A stretch of 64,000 bases of DNA from Candidatus Iainarchaeum sp. (GTDB lineage: Archaea; Iainarchaeota; Iainarchaeia; Iainarchaeales; JAAZKV01): NCBI GenBank assembly GCA_026397015.1, contig JAPLVR010000003.1:283280-347279 (forward strand). The letters are read 5' to 3'. Shown here piece by piece: positions 18,507 to 29,281 of the stretch; the first letter of the stretch is position 1; each line of letters opens with the position of its first letter. The position numbers and the translations under genes were made by a program. A model generated the notes under the pieces. It did no database searches and was not told the origin of the DNA. It worked only from the letters and a program-made list of their open reading frames with translations.

Positions 18507-20159
18507 TTAAGAAGACTCTTTTTTCTCTTTCATGGTTACTACTTTTTCCACTATCTTCGTAAATGCTGGTCTTGTAAAAAGGACTCCCGCTACCGAACCA
18601 AATATTGCGATGATTGCAAAACCGTAGAGTTTTTCCATGCCCGGAAAACTTCTTGATAACAGCACTATTGGGCCCATAACACCGACTATTGTAATTGTTG
18701 AAGTTGTTATTATGAAGAGGGCGCTTTTTACCCTCTGAAGGGTTGACTCCTGCACAACTTCCGACTTTCTGGTTATTTCATCTGTTATTACAACTTCTGA
18801 GTTCACGCCCGAACCGAGCGCCGCAATAAGCCCCGCAAACGCCGCCAAATCAAGTGGGTTTCTTGTGAGGGCAAGAAAACCAAAAAGTATAATTGTTTCG
18901 GCAACAACCGTTGCAAAAATTGGAATGGCGAGCAAAATTGTTTTATATCTCAAAACTATGAACGCCGCAACAGCTACCAGTGCGATCACTCCCATCAAAA
19001 ACAACTCATTCAAAAAAGACGCTCCGAGCGAAGGAGAAATCGTTTCCCTTGAAATACTTTTTACCGGCGTAGGAAGGGAACCGGATTCCAAAAGAATAGT
19101 AAGTTCTTCAAGGTCCGTTTTTGCGACTTCCGCACTTGACCTTGTGCCTGTTATTACAAGAGTCGTGAACATTTCCGCCTTTGAAATGTCGGAAACGTCT
19201 TCATTCGTTACGTTTTCAGTAAGGGAAATAACTTGTTTTGCTTTTGTAACTGACCAGAGCCATGGAACATCTTTTTTAATTTCCTCTTTTGTAACATTAA
19301 ACCCTTTTGCCTTGAGGGCATTTACAACATTGTCGCCGATGCCGGGCGAAACGATTGCATCGCTGGTTTTCAATAATGCAAAACTTAAAATATTTTCATC
19401 CAATCCGATTGATGCACCAGAGTTTGAATCTGATGGATTGCTGTAAATAATCAAAGGAAGCTGCGCGTTTTCAACAAGGGTCTTTATGTCAGTTCCCTGA
19501 GAGATGTCCGCAAAAGAATTTCCCACATTAAGGGATTCCGAATCCACGTCGTACTGCTCCTCGCTTATCACCAAAAGCGCGTTGGGCTTGTCAAGGAAGA
19601 AATAAGTTTTTGCACATTCATATACGGGCTTTCCGTTGGTTCCGATTGAAGAAACATCGCATTGGTGGAATGTTTTTTCCATGAAGCGCTTGGCGGCTGT
19701 TTCGCTCAAAACAAAGGGCATTCTCCAGCCTACTGCCTTGCCGCCCGCGGAATAAATTCCATATGTGGTCGAACCGCGCAAAACACTTTTTATTTCATCA
19801 CCGGTAAAAATCGTTTCGCCGTTGAGCGTCGCTTCAAAGCGCCCCTGCTGCCTTATGCGCGCCTCTATTTTTTCAAGCTCAATCTGGTCGGTTTCAGTAG
19901 TTTGTATCAGTATAAATTGCCCGCCGACCGGAGAAACAGAATCTCCGCGAAGACCGCCAGGATCCATACGTTGGGAAATTATGTTCGCTACTCTTGCTAT
20001 TTCTTCGGAAGAAATTTGATTGGCGAGCTCGACCTGGTAAAGGGTCCCACCCTTGAAATCGATTCCAAGCCTTATCCCAAAAATCGCAATAAATATTATT
20101 GAAATAAGAACAACCCCGATTACAAGGGCATATCTCCAATATTTTAACACGGGATTCAA
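18507..20159 (-). CDS. secD: Protein-export membrane protein SecD
   Basis: LGIDFKGG, L.SGSLP and ISPSLG followed by five TM segments; paired with secF. Confidence 0.9.
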   Translation of the reverse strand: MNPVLKYWRYALVIGVVLISIIFIAIFGIRLGIDFKGGTLYQVELANQISSEEIARVANIISQRMDPGGLRGDSVSPVGGQFILIQTTETDQIELEKIEARIRQQGRFEATLNGETIFTGDEIKSVLRGSTTYGIYSAGGKAVGWRMPFVLSETAAKRFMEKTFHQCDVSSIGTNGKPVYECAKTYFFLDKPNALLVISEEQYDVDSESLNVGNSFADISQGTDIKTLVENAQLPLIIYSNPSDSNSGASIGLDENILSFALLKTSDAIVSPGIGDNVVNALKAKGFNVTKEEIKKDVPWLWSVTKAKQVISLTENVTNEDVSDISKAEMFTTLVITGTRSSAEVAKTDLEELTILLESGSLPTPVKSISRETISPSLGASFLNELFLMGVIALVAVAAFIVLRYKTILLAIPIFATVVAETIILFGFLALTRNPLDLAAFAGLIAALGSGVNSEVVITDEITRKSEVVQESTLQRVKSALFIITTSTITIVGVMGPIVLLSRSFPGMEKLYGFAIIAIFGSVAGVLFTRPAFTKIVEKVVTMKEKKESS

Positions 20160-21199
20160 TTCGACACCTTCTTTTCAACAAACCATAGCAATATTGAAGT
20201 GTTCATGAACCATGTTGCAATTACATCCCCGATTTGACCGAAGAAAAGAACCGCGGCTATTTGGAAAACTATATCAATTTGATAGAAATAGGATATTGCA
20301 AGCATTGGAATCAGTGCAGCCATCGTTGTTCCGGTCATTGTAAGCCCGGTTTTCATGGAAATTGTTGCACGCTCGCTTGGCGTACCGCTCTTTCCTTTCA
20401 GTATGCGCGACGTAAGCATTATGTCACTGTCAACTGAGTAGCCGACTACCATCAAAAGCGTGGAAATTGTGAGCAATGAAAGCGGTATGCCCAGAAGCGC
20501 CATTCCGGTTAGGCCTGCGAGTACGTCAAAAATCATTGATTGTATTATTGCCGCAGATGGAACAACCTGCCTGAAGGAAACAAAAATTATTATCAGGAGC
20601 GCTATTGCGCCCAAAAGTGAAATGAACAGGGCCGATTCTAACGACGCCTTTCCAAGCGTCGGGGAAACTTCGCGCATCTGAAATTCTACATTTTTTCCAA
20701 GTGAGAGTTTGTCCGAAAGCATTGCCTGAATCTTTGAAGAAAATTCCTGCTTATAGGCTGCAAGGGCACCCTGTGCCGCATTTAGGGCCGCTTTTGAATT
20801 TTGAAATGACTGCTCGGGCTTTCCAAGAGACTTCAGGGCAGAATTAGAAAATACAATTGACTCCTGCTCGTTGTCTATTGAGGCCGCTGCCTTGGAAATA
20901 AAATCTTCGGCGGAACTTACAAAATACTCCTTGCTATATTGAATATATGCGCCGTAACCGGTGGGGGAAGAAATTGTTGAAACGGCGAGGTCGGTGAGCT
21001 GAAATTCGCTTTTCAAAATTGATTCTATCTGCGAGATCGAAAACGGGCTGCTCGAGCGGAGAACAATTACATTGCCCCCAGTAAGCTCTGTGCCCATGGG
21101 GATGCCCGGGTAAACAATTATTGCAAAAAGCATCGGAATAAGAAGTATTAGCGGAACAAGCATCATTCGCTTGTATTCGCCAGCGTAAAAATCTTTCAT
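20156..21199 (-). CDS. secF: Protein-export membrane protein SecF
   Basis: GTELTGG, VSPTLG and GYSVDSDIMLT; start set at ATG 21199 (MKDFY). Confidence 0.9.
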   Translation of the reverse strand: MKDFYAGEYKRMMLVPLILLIPMLFAIIVYPGIPMGTELTGGNVIVLRSSSPFSISQIESILKSEFQLTDLAVSTISSPTGYGAYIQYSKEYFVSSAEDFISKAAASIDNEQESIVFSNSALKSLGKPEQSFQNSKAALNAAQGALAAYKQEFSSKIQAMLSDKLSLGKNVEFQMREVSPTLGKASLESALFISLLGAIALLIIIFVSFRQVVPSAAIIQSMIFDVLAGLTGMALLGIPLSLLTISTLLMVVGYSVDSDIMLTSRILKGKSGTPSERATISMKTGLTMTGTTMAALIPMLAISYFYQIDIVFQIAAVLFFGQIGDVIATWFMNTSILLWFVEKKVSN

Positions 21200-21328
21200 T
21201 AAAAGACCCCGAAAAATTGCTCTATCGCTCTTAAACTTCCATAGGATTAAAAACCTGCTAACCCTTAAATAGGTTATTGTTTGCTTTGACAAAGTTTTTA
21301 TTGAAGCGCAACCTGTGCATTTATTTGG

Positions 21329-22396
21329 GTGAATTTTCGCATGAATCTGAAGTTTTTGGAGAAACCTGAACAGCTTTTGGACAACGCTTTCAGAGCAGGA
21401 AGAAAGGAAGCATCTATTTACAAAAAACAAAAAACGCCGTTTTACACACTCAAGGGAAAAGAAATAACAAAAATTGATATTTCCGCCACATACCTTCAGG
21501 AAACGCTCCAAAAAATTGTGGAGGAGTTCCCGAGGATTGAAGAGCTTGATTCTTTTTACAGGGAATTGGTGGAATGCATAATCGATGCGGATGAAACAAG
21601 AAAGGCCCTTTCAAGCATCTCGTCTGTTTCAAAGCTGATAAAAAAACAGAAAATAATCGCGATTACAAGACTGAAGGAACTGAATTTCGAAAAAAAATTC
21701 GAATCCGGAAAAGGAAGGAGTGGAAAAAACAGGGGTGGGGAAAAAGGAAGCGGAGGCTGGAGCTGGAACCGCGTGAAAAAAATTTCAAACGAATACTTCG
21801 GAAGGACTTCTTCGCTTGTGAAGGGGCTTCGCAAGCAAATTGAGGTTTACAACGGGGCGGCAAAAAAAATGAGGGAGCTTCCTTCAATAAGGGCAAGCGA
21901 AGAATCGATAATTCTTGCAGGTTACCCGAATGTAGGAAAGACGACGCTGCTGGGAAAAATCACGGAGTCGAAAGCGAAAGTCGCGTCATATCCATTCACA
22001 ACGCAGGGGCTGAATATCGGGTATTTGAAAAAAAAGCACATTCCAATTCAGATAATTGACACGCCCGGCTTGCTTGACAGGCCCCTTAACAGGCGAAATA
22101 AAATAGAGATGAGGGCGATTTCGGCGCTGCGGCACCTGAACGGATTGGTGGTTTTCATTGTTGACCCGCTGGAAGATTTGCCGGCGCAAAAAAATCTTTT
22201 GCTCGAAATGAAAAAACTTTTTTCCGAAAAAAAGTTTTTAATAATAATAAATAAAACGGACATAACGCCGGAAGAAATCAGGGATAAGACGGAAAAAGAA
22301 TTACGCGAATTCTTGGACAGCATCGGCGGGAAAGAAAAAATTATTTTTGAGGGAAACGGGCTGGATAACCTGAAAAATGAATTGCTGTCAAACTGA
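21329..22396 (+). CDS. NOG1-family (OBG class) GTP-binding protein
   Basis: GYPNVGKT, YPFTT, DTPGLLDRP...RN.IE and NKTD. Confidence 0.92.
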   Translation: MNFRMNLKFLEKPEQLLDNAFRAGRKEASIYKKQKTPFYTLKGKEITKIDISATYLQETLQKIVEEFPRIEELDSFYRELVECIIDADETRKALSSISSVSKLIKKQKIIAITRLKELNFEKKFESGKGRSGKNRGGEKGSGGWSWNRVKKISNEYFGRTSSLVKGLRKQIEVYNGAAKKMRELPSIRASEESIILAGYPNVGKTTLLGKITESKAKVASYPFTTQGLNIGYLKKKHIPIQIIDTPGLLDRPLNRRNKIEMRAISALRHLNGLVVFIVDPLEDLPAQKNLLLEMKKLFSEKKFLIIINKTDITPEEIRDKTEKELREFLDSIGGKEKIIFEGNGLDNLKNELLSN

Positions 22397-22493
22397 ATAG
22401 GCACAGGCGCCAGCATTCTTTTAAAAGGATTTCAGCGGGAATATCCTTGTTGGGTCAGGCGGATTTTAATTAACTTTTCCGCTCGGCGCTGTT

Positions 22494-22748
22494 TTGGTGA
22501 TGGGAATGCATGAGGGGCTCGTACAGTTGATGGAAGAAATCCTCAGCGATAGGACCGTTCCAAGGAATATCAGGGAAAAGGTTGAGGGCGCAATCCAGAA
22601 GGTCAAAGTAGACAATACTACTTCGCTTAGCGAGGCGATTTACATTCTGGACGATATAAGCAGCGACATCAATATGCCTGAGCATACGCGGACGGACATT
22701 TGGCACGCAATCTCAATGATTGAGGAAGCCAAAGAAAAAATGAAGTAG
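22494..22748 (+). CDS. UPF0147 family protein
   Basis: D.TVPRNIR and LDDIS.D.NMP.HTRT.IW. Confidence 0.88.
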   Translation: MVMGMHEGLVQLMEEILSDRTVPRNIREKVEGAIQKVKVDNTTSLSEAIYILDDISSDINMPEHTRTDIWHAISMIEEAKEKMK

Positions 22749-22809
22749 TTCCCAAAGTTTCGGATTTGAAAAAATCCGCCTGGCCGACAATTCAGAAAAA
22801 GGTGTTGGG

Positions 22810-24393
22810 TTGGGCGAAGTGAAAGACGCCGGTAGCGGAGCGGAAGAAACCGAGGCGGCAAAAATATGGGATGCGCGGGCGGCTGAAAAAGGAATCTTTA
22901 ATTTCGCCGAGGAGAAAGGGCTGATAATTTCAAAGGAATCCGTTGCGCTGCTTTCATCGAACGAGAACTGGAAAAAAATTTTGGAAGAGCTCGCGGACGA
23001 AGGAAATTTTCTGATTGACAATAATATTCTTGGAAAAAAAATCACTGTAACAAAAATTTCGCACGCAACCCCCGAAGTTGAAATAAGAAAAACAAGGTTT
23101 AATGCGCAGGCCAAGGAAAGGGCGCCGAATTTCAGGGTAATGGAGGAATACGATGTTACGGGACAAAGCACTTCAGAAGGGCACATAGAAGATTTTTTGC
23201 GGCTGTTCAGAAGCAAATACGAATTGATTTCGGCGATGCTGAGAGAGAGGCACAACCTTTCCCCTATTCCGCTGAAACAACTTGAAAAAATACAAAAAAA
23301 TGAGAAAGTGGATGTAATCGGAATAATAAACAAAAAATGGGTTACAAAAAACGGCCACCTTGCTTTTGAAATCGAAGATTTGGAAAACAGGTGCATTGCG
23401 CTGATAATGGAAAAAGAAAAGGAACTTACAAAAAAAGGCGAGCATGTTCTTGAGGACAATGTTGTCGGAATAAAGGGCGCGAAATTAAGCAATGATTTCA
23501 TAATAATAAACGAAATTTATTGGCCCGATTTGCCGATAAACAAGCCAAAACTTTTGAACGAAGAGGTTTATATCGGCGGAATAACCGATTTGCATGTCGG
23601 AAGCCAGCTGTTTTACGAGGACAAATTCAAAAAACTTTTGGAAAGGCTGAACGGAAAAGGGCTCGAAGGAAAAAAACTCGAACAAATGGGAAAACTGCAG
23701 TATCTGATTGTTGCGGGGGACAATGTCGCGGGCATAGGAGTTTATCCCGGCCAACTGGATGAATTGCTGGTAAGGGATTTGTACGAGCAGTACGCTAGAT
23801 TTGAAGATTTGATGATTCAGATTCCCGAATACATTCATGTTTTTGTATGCCCAGGACAGCATGACGGGGTGAGAAGGGCGGAGCCACAGCCGGCAGTCCC
23901 AAAAGAGTTTTTGCCGCGGCTCTCAAAATTGAGGAATTTTCATTTCATCTCTTCGCCGTCATGGGTGGAAATAGAGGGATTGAAAAATTTGGTTTATCAC
24001 GGGGCAAGCATTCATGATCTCATAAGTAGCGTCAGCTTTTTGGAGATGAGCAAGCCGCAGGAAGGCATGGTGGAACTGCTGAAAAAAAGGGACCTCATGC
24101 CTAAGTACGGCGGAAAAAACCCGTATGTGCCGGAAAAAAAGGATTACATGGTGATAAAGGAAATACCCGACCTGGTTTGGATAGGGGATATGCACACAAA
24201 CGGATACACAACATACAAGGGAACAACCGTGCTCAATTCGGGCTGCTGGGAAGGGCAGACAACTTTTCAGGAAAAAATCGGGCACAAACCAACCCCGTGC
24301 ATCTTTCCAATGATAAATCTTCAGACGCGGCAAATATACGAAACACATTTTTTGAGGGAAACGGCGGAAGAACTTGCGGAGGAAAAAAAATGA
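22810..24393 (+). CDS. polB: DNA polymerase D small (proofreading) subunit DP1
   Basis: OB fold plus phosphoesterase motifs DLHVGS, AGD, G.GVYPGQ, PGQHD...AEPQP, YHG and NSGCW..QT. Confidence 0.94.
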   Translation: MGEVKDAGSGAEETEAAKIWDARAAEKGIFNFAEEKGLIISKESVALLSSNENWKKILEELADEGNFLIDNNILGKKITVTKISHATPEVEIRKTRFNAQAKERAPNFRVMEEYDVTGQSTSEGHIEDFLRLFRSKYELISAMLRERHNLSPIPLKQLEKIQKNEKVDVIGIINKKWVTKNGHLAFEIEDLENRCIALIMEKEKELTKKGEHVLEDNVVGIKGAKLSNDFIIINEIYWPDLPINKPKLLNEEVYIGGITDLHVGSQLFYEDKFKKLLERLNGKGLEGKKLEQMGKLQYLIVAGDNVAGIGVYPGQLDELLVRDLYEQYARFEDLMIQIPEYIHVFVCPGQHDGVRRAEPQPAVPKEFLPRLSKLRNFHFISSPSWVEIEGLKNLVYHGASIHDLISSVSFLEMSKPQEGMVELLKKRDLMPKYGGKNPYVPEKKDYMVIKEIPDLVWIGDMHTNGYTTYKGTTVLNSGCWEGQTTFQEKIGHKPTPCIFPMINLQTRQIYETHFLRETAEELAEEKK

Positions 24394-27300
24394 AAAATAA
24401 CAACAACAGCCCAGACGAAAAAACAGGTTCAACTAATAAAATAAATTCAATTAACAAAACAAGTTCATCTTCATCCGGTGAAAAAATTTCAATCGCTGAA
24501 TTCAGGGAAGAAATGAAAATTCCCGAAATAGGGTTTGCATGCAACGCCCAAATAAAAAAATATTTTGAAAAAATCCAGCTGGATACTTACAGCGCGCTAA
24601 AGGTCGCAAGACAGGCGAGGGCAAAAGGGCTTGATACGAGCATGGAAGTTGAGACTACGCCGACGCTGGACCTCGCGGACAGGGCAGAAACAATCATAGG
24701 ATTGCCGGGCTTGGCGAGAAGATACAGGGAAGTTTTTGCGCAGAAAAAGGACAGAAAGGAAACATACTTCCAGCTTTTCAGGGAAATTTTGGAACAAAAG
24801 TGGTGCTCAATTCCGGATGTGCAAAAGAGAGTTGAGATAGGAATAAAAGCGTGCCTGCTAATAGAAACGGAAGGCGTGGTTGTGGCGCCGCTTGACGGAG
24901 TGCCAAAAATAGAAATAAACTCTAATCCGGATGGAAGCAAATATATTGACATTTATTATGCGGGGCCGATAAGAGCCGCGGGAGGATCTGCCGCGGTAAT
25001 GCCCCTCATACTCGGGGATTATGCGAGGCAGCTTCTTGGAATCGACAAATACAAGCCCACAAACGACGAAGTTGAGAGGTATGTTGAAGAAATCGACATT
25101 TACCAAAACGAAATTTTTTCAAGGCAATACAAAATTCCGGCGGAAGAAATAAGAATAATTGTAACCAACTGCCCCGTTTGCATCAACGGCATGCCAACCG
25201 AAGAGAACGAAGTTTCTGTTTACCGCGATTTGAAAAGAATTCCCACCAACAGAGTCCGAGGCGGAGTCGGATTAGTTATTTCGGAAGGGCTCGGGCTGAA
25301 AGCATCATGGGTCATGAAAACGGCGAAAAAACAGGGATTGGACTGGAGCTTTCTTGAAAAAATAATAAAGGTTGAAAAAACCCAGACAAAAATTGAAATC
25401 GTTCCGAACAAAAAAATTCTTGACGGATTGGCTGCTGGAAGACCGATACTTGCATATCCGAGCGCGTGGGGCGGCTTTCGGCTCAGATACGGAAGGGGAA
25501 GAAACACCGGAATAATGGCGAAAGCCATCAATCCGGCTTCGATGGTAATATTTGATGAATTTATTGCGGTTGGAACGCACGGAAAGCTTGAAAGGCCGGG
25601 AAAAGCAACGCAATTTTTTCCGTGCACAACAATTGACGGGCCGATTGTATTGCTTGACGATGATTCCGTAGTAAGAGTGAATGACACAAAAAAAGCAAAC
25701 GAAGTAAAGGCGAGATTAAAAAAAATTCTTTACATAGGAGATCTCCTTTCGAGCTACGGCGATTTCAGGAAAAGCGCCCACCCGCTGATTCCTGCAGGGT
25801 ATTGCGAAGAATGGTGGCTTGAAGAACTAAAAGAAGCAGTTAAGGACGGAACAAAGATGAAAGAACTGAAAAAACTCGGGCTCGAAAAAACTTTGAAGGA
25901 ATGCAGAAATGTTTCGCAGGAGGAGGCAATTGCGATTTCGAGAAAGTTCGGCATTCCATTACACCCGAAGTGGCTGCATTTTTACAGGGCGATAAACGAA
26001 AAGGAAATTGTTTTACTGCACAATAAATTGCTGGGCGCCAGGCTTGAAAAAGAAAATGAAAAAGTGAAAAGGATTGTTGCGGAAAATGATTTGGAACTGA
26101 AAAGATTTTTGGACGGAATAGGCCTGCCCCACCACTTTGAAAACGAAAAAATAATAATTGATGAATTTGCCGAAAGCGTTGCCTCGACTTTTGCGCTTGA
26201 AAGCGGGCAAAAATCAATCAACACTGAAGAAAAAGTAGAAAATGTTTTGGATTATTTGAGCAAAATTTCTGGAATGAAAATAATGGACAAAGCAGGTTCG
26301 TTCATCGGCGGAAGGATGGGCAGGCCCGAACAGGCGAAGCCGAGGGAAATGAAGGGAAACCCGCACGTGCTTTTCCCAATCGGCATGAAAGGGGGAAGCA
26401 CGAGAAGCATCAACAAGGCGATTGATGAAGAATATAACCCGGGGGGAAAGGTAACGGTCGAAATTTCAGAATACAAATGCGCAAAATGCGGAAAAATAGT
26501 GCACATACCATATTGTCCGGATTGCAATGTAAGAACAAAAAAAATGAAGTATTGCCCGAAGTGCAAGTCAACAGTGGCGGGGGAAAAATGCTACAAGTGC
26601 GGAGCGGAAACGGTTGAAGCGGGGGAGCACGAAGTCGCCCTGAGAAAAATGTTCGAGAAGGCGAAGGAAAGGCTCCGCGTAAGTATTCCCGAAACATTTA
26701 AAGGGGTCAAGGGAATGATTTCGGAAACGAAAGAAGTGGAGCCGCTGGAAAAAGGAATATTAAGGGCGAGGCACGATGTCCACATGTTTAGGGATGGAAC
26801 TTCGAGATTCGAATTGCTGAACGCGACAATAACCCATTTCAAGCCGAAAGAAATAAGCATGAGCGTCGAAAAAGCCATGGAATTAGGCTATGAAAAAGAC
26901 ATTTACGGAAATGAAATAACGAGCGACGAACAAATTGTTGAAATTTTTCCGCAGGACATCATCGTGCATGAATCGTGCGGGAACTGGCTTGTTAATATGA
27001 GCCAGTTCATCGATGAGTTGCTTGAAAGATTCTATGAGATTGACAGGTTCTACAACGCGAAAACAAAAGAGGACCTCATCGGGCAACTGACACTCGGCCT
27101 GGCGCCGCACACATCCGCGGCTGTCGTGGGAAGAATAATCGGGTACACTAAGGCAAGGCTCGGATTCGGGCACCCGTATTTTGTGTGCGCAAAAAGGAGA
27201 AATGTTGACGGGGACCAGGATTCGCTGATTTTGCTGATGGATGCATTAGTAAATTTCTCACAAAAATATTTGTCGCTGAAAAGCGGCGGTAGGATGGATG

Positions 27301-27959
27301 CGCCGCTCGTTTTTACAACAATAATAAATCCAGAAGAGGTTGACAACGAGGTTCATGAAATGGAAACCTGCTGCAATTATCCGCGCGAGTTCTACGAATC
27401 CGCGGCAAAAATATGCGAACCATCTCTTGAAAACCTGAGCATCGAAATTGTGAAATCAAGGCTCGGGAAGCCCGCCCAATACAGCGGGTTCGGATACACT
27501 CATGAAACGGACATCTTTGACGAGGGACCGAAAACTTCGCGTTATATCCAGTTGAAAACGATGGATGAAAAGATACAGATGCAAAATATTTTGCAGAAAA
27601 AAATAGTTGCAGTTGATGCAAGGGACTGCCTCGAGAGGGTAATGGCGTCCCACTTCCTGCCGGACATAATCGGAAACGCAAGGGCTTTTTCCAGGCAAAC
27701 ATTCAGGTGCACTTATTGTAACGAAAAATACAGGCGGATTCCTCTGTGCGGAAAGTGCTACAAGTGCGGAAAAAACACGTTAATACTTACAATCAATCAG
27801 GGCGGGGTAAGGAAGTACCTGAAGATTGCGCAGAGAATGGCGAAGCAGGAACACCTCTCAGCATATCTTATCCAGCGTCTTGACATGATTGAGAAAGAAA
27901 TTGATTCGGTTTTCAAGGATGAGAGGGCGCAGCAAAAAAGTTTGTTCGAATTTGTTTAA
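24390..27959 (+). CDS. polC: DNA polymerase D large subunit DP2
   Basis: EGVVVAP.DG, YYAGPIRAAGG, GGFRLRYGR.RNTG, GRMGRPE, KRRNVDGDQD and GGRMDAPL, plus Zn fingers; start ATG 24390 overlaps the DP1 stop; no intein seen. Confidence 0.97.
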   Translation: MKNNNNSPDEKTGSTNKINSINKTSSSSSGEKISIAEFREEMKIPEIGFACNAQIKKYFEKIQLDTYSALKVARQARAKGLDTSMEVETTPTLDLADRAETIIGLPGLARRYREVFAQKKDRKETYFQLFREILEQKWCSIPDVQKRVEIGIKACLLIETEGVVVAPLDGVPKIEINSNPDGSKYIDIYYAGPIRAAGGSAAVMPLILGDYARQLLGIDKYKPTNDEVERYVEEIDIYQNEIFSRQYKIPAEEIRIIVTNCPVCINGMPTEENEVSVYRDLKRIPTNRVRGGVGLVISEGLGLKASWVMKTAKKQGLDWSFLEKIIKVEKTQTKIEIVPNKKILDGLAAGRPILAYPSAWGGFRLRYGRGRNTGIMAKAINPASMVIFDEFIAVGTHGKLERPGKATQFFPCTTIDGPIVLLDDDSVVRVNDTKKANEVKARLKKILYIGDLLSSYGDFRKSAHPLIPAGYCEEWWLEELKEAVKDGTKMKELKKLGLEKTLKECRNVSQEEAIAISRKFGIPLHPKWLHFYRAINEKEIVLLHNKLLGARLEKENEKVKRIVAENDLELKRFLDGIGLPHHFENEKIIIDEFAESVASTFALESGQKSINTEEKVENVLDYLSKISGMKIMDKAGSFIGGRMGRPEQAKPREMKGNPHVLFPIGMKGGSTRSINKAIDEEYNPGGKVTVEISEYKCAKCGKIVHIPYCPDCNVRTKKMKYCPKCKSTVAGEKCYKCGAETVEAGEHEVALRKMFEKAKERLRVSIPETFKGVKGMISETKEVEPLEKGILRARHDVHMFRDGTSRFELLNATITHFKPKEISMSVEKAMELGYEKDIYGNEITSDEQIVEIFPQDIIVHESCGNWLVNMSQFIDELLERFYEIDRFYNAKTKEDLIGQLTLGLAPHTSAAVVGRIIGYTKARLGFGHPYFVCAKRRNVDGDQDSLILLMDALVNFSQKYLSLKSGGRMDAPLVFTTIINPEEVDNEVHEMETCCNYPREFYESAAKICEPSLENLSIEIVKSRLGKPAQYSGFGYTHETDIFDEGPKTSRYIQLKTMDEKIQMQNILQKKIVAVDARDCLERVMASHFLPDIIGNARAFSRQTFRCTYCNEKYRRIPLCGKCYKCGKNTLILTINQGGVRKYLKIAQRMAKQEHLSAYLIQRLDMIEKEIDSVFKDERAQQKSLFEFV

Positions 27960-27970
27960 ACTGAACAAAA

Positions 27971-29281
27971 CTATTTGAACAATTCTTTTTCAAGCGCGCT
28001 TTTTATTCTTTCGGCGTCGAAGCCGAGTTTTATCAGCCTTGTCTGCCCCCTGATTCCCTTTCCCGACGCCGTAATTAAAATCAAGCCGTACATTTCAAGC
28101 TCATTAATGTATTGCCTATACCACCTGCTTGTAATTGTCCTTCTGCCGAGGTGCTTTGCCATCTCGCAATAAGTTTCGAAAATTTCTCCGGAAAACAAGG
28201 TGCCCTCTTCTATTTCGCCTGTTATGCGCCTGCTTCCCTTGTGCTGAATGGTCATTGCTGAAATTGAATAAAGAACAAGTTGCTGCTGTCCTGGCAAAGT
28301 TGAAACCATCGAGAGGATTATTTCCTCTTCAACGCTTGCCTTCGCCTTCTCAACGTGCTGCTCGACAACCAGCACAGCTTTTTCTGAATCGGCGATTTCG
28401 CCGGCGCGCTGCATCAGCATTACCGCTGTTCTTGCGTCGCCGGATTCCTGCGCCGCCAAAGCAGCGACTAGGGAAATCGAAGAGTCGGAAACTGCTTTCG
28501 GTTTGAAGGCTTTTTCACAGCGCTCGACCAAAATTTCTTTCAGCTCATTCGCATTATAGGGGGAAAAAACAAGTTCCTTTTCGCAAAGGGAACTTTTCGT
28601 CCGCGGATCGAGCTTTTCTTTGAACATCAGATTGTTTGAAATCCCGATTAGGGTTATGGAACCTTTTCCAAGCTCGTCGTTCCCGCGCGTGAGCGAATAA
28701 ACCAGTTCGTCCAAATCCTTTACTTTGTCGATTTCATCAAGCACCAAAATCAGGTGTGCGGAATTGGCTTCACAAAAATCAAGAATTTTTTCGTAAATAA
28801 ATGAAACGCTGTAGCCCAAAAAATCTTTTGAAGGGTAAAATGATTTTGCAACTTTCAAAAGAACCTTGTATTTTGAGGGGTGGTTTCTGCAGTTAATGTA
28901 CGCGGAGAAAACCGGAAGGCTCTGTTTTGAAACAAATTCGGTGAGCTGCTCAAGAACGTGCTTCACAGTGGCTGTTTTTCCGGTGCCGGTTTTTCCATAG
29001 AGAAAAATATTGTTCGGCTTCGTTCCTTTTATCGACGGGCTCAAATCGGAACTGATTTCATCTATCTGTTTCTCCCTGAACGGAAGCTTTTCTGGAATGT
29101 AGTGCTGCGAAATTATCTCCTTGTTGGCGAAAACGGAGGCATTTAAAAGCCGCCTTTCAAAAACATTTTTCACGATTTCAGATATCTCAGATTTGGCCTT
29201 GGATTCAACTATTCCAGATTCAAGCACTTCCGCGTCTGATTCAGCGCGGAGCGAAAGCGATAAATTACTCATACCATTCAT
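27971..29281 (-). CDS. cdc6: Orc1/Cdc6 replication initiator
   Basis: YIPEKLPFRE.QI, Walker A GKTGTGKT, Walker B VLDEID, GDAR, C-terminal wH; start at 29281 after GGTGG. Confidence 0.95.
   Translation of the reverse strand: MNGMSNLSLSLRAESDAEVLESGIVESKAKSEISEIVKNVFERRLLNASVFANKEIISQHYIPEKLPFREKQIDEISSDLSPSIKGTKPNNIFLYGKTGTGKTATVKHVLEQLTEFVSKQSLPVFSAYINCRNHPSKYKVLLKVAKSFYPSKDFLGYSVSFIYEKILDFCEANSAHLILVLDEIDKVKDLDELVYSLTRGNDELGKGSITLIGISNNLMFKEKLDPRTKSSLCEKELVFSPYNANELKEILVERCEKAFKPKAVSDSSISLVAALAAQESGDARTAVMLMQRAGEIADSEKAVLVVEQHVEKAKASVEEEIILSMVSTLPGQQQLVLYSISAMTIQHKGSRRITGEIEEGTLFSGEIFETYCEMAKHLGRRTITSRWYRQYINELEMYGLILITASGKGIRGQTRLIKLGFDAERIKSALEKELFK

Noticed and set aside
24177-24389. N-terminal extensions in the ORF track for DP2 (also eif2g from 1655, secF to 21511, cdc6 to 29371, arsM to 63509)
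   Set aside because: They overlap neighbouring genes or spacers and lack family similarity; downstream ATGs with SD-like motifs or stop-start coupling fit better
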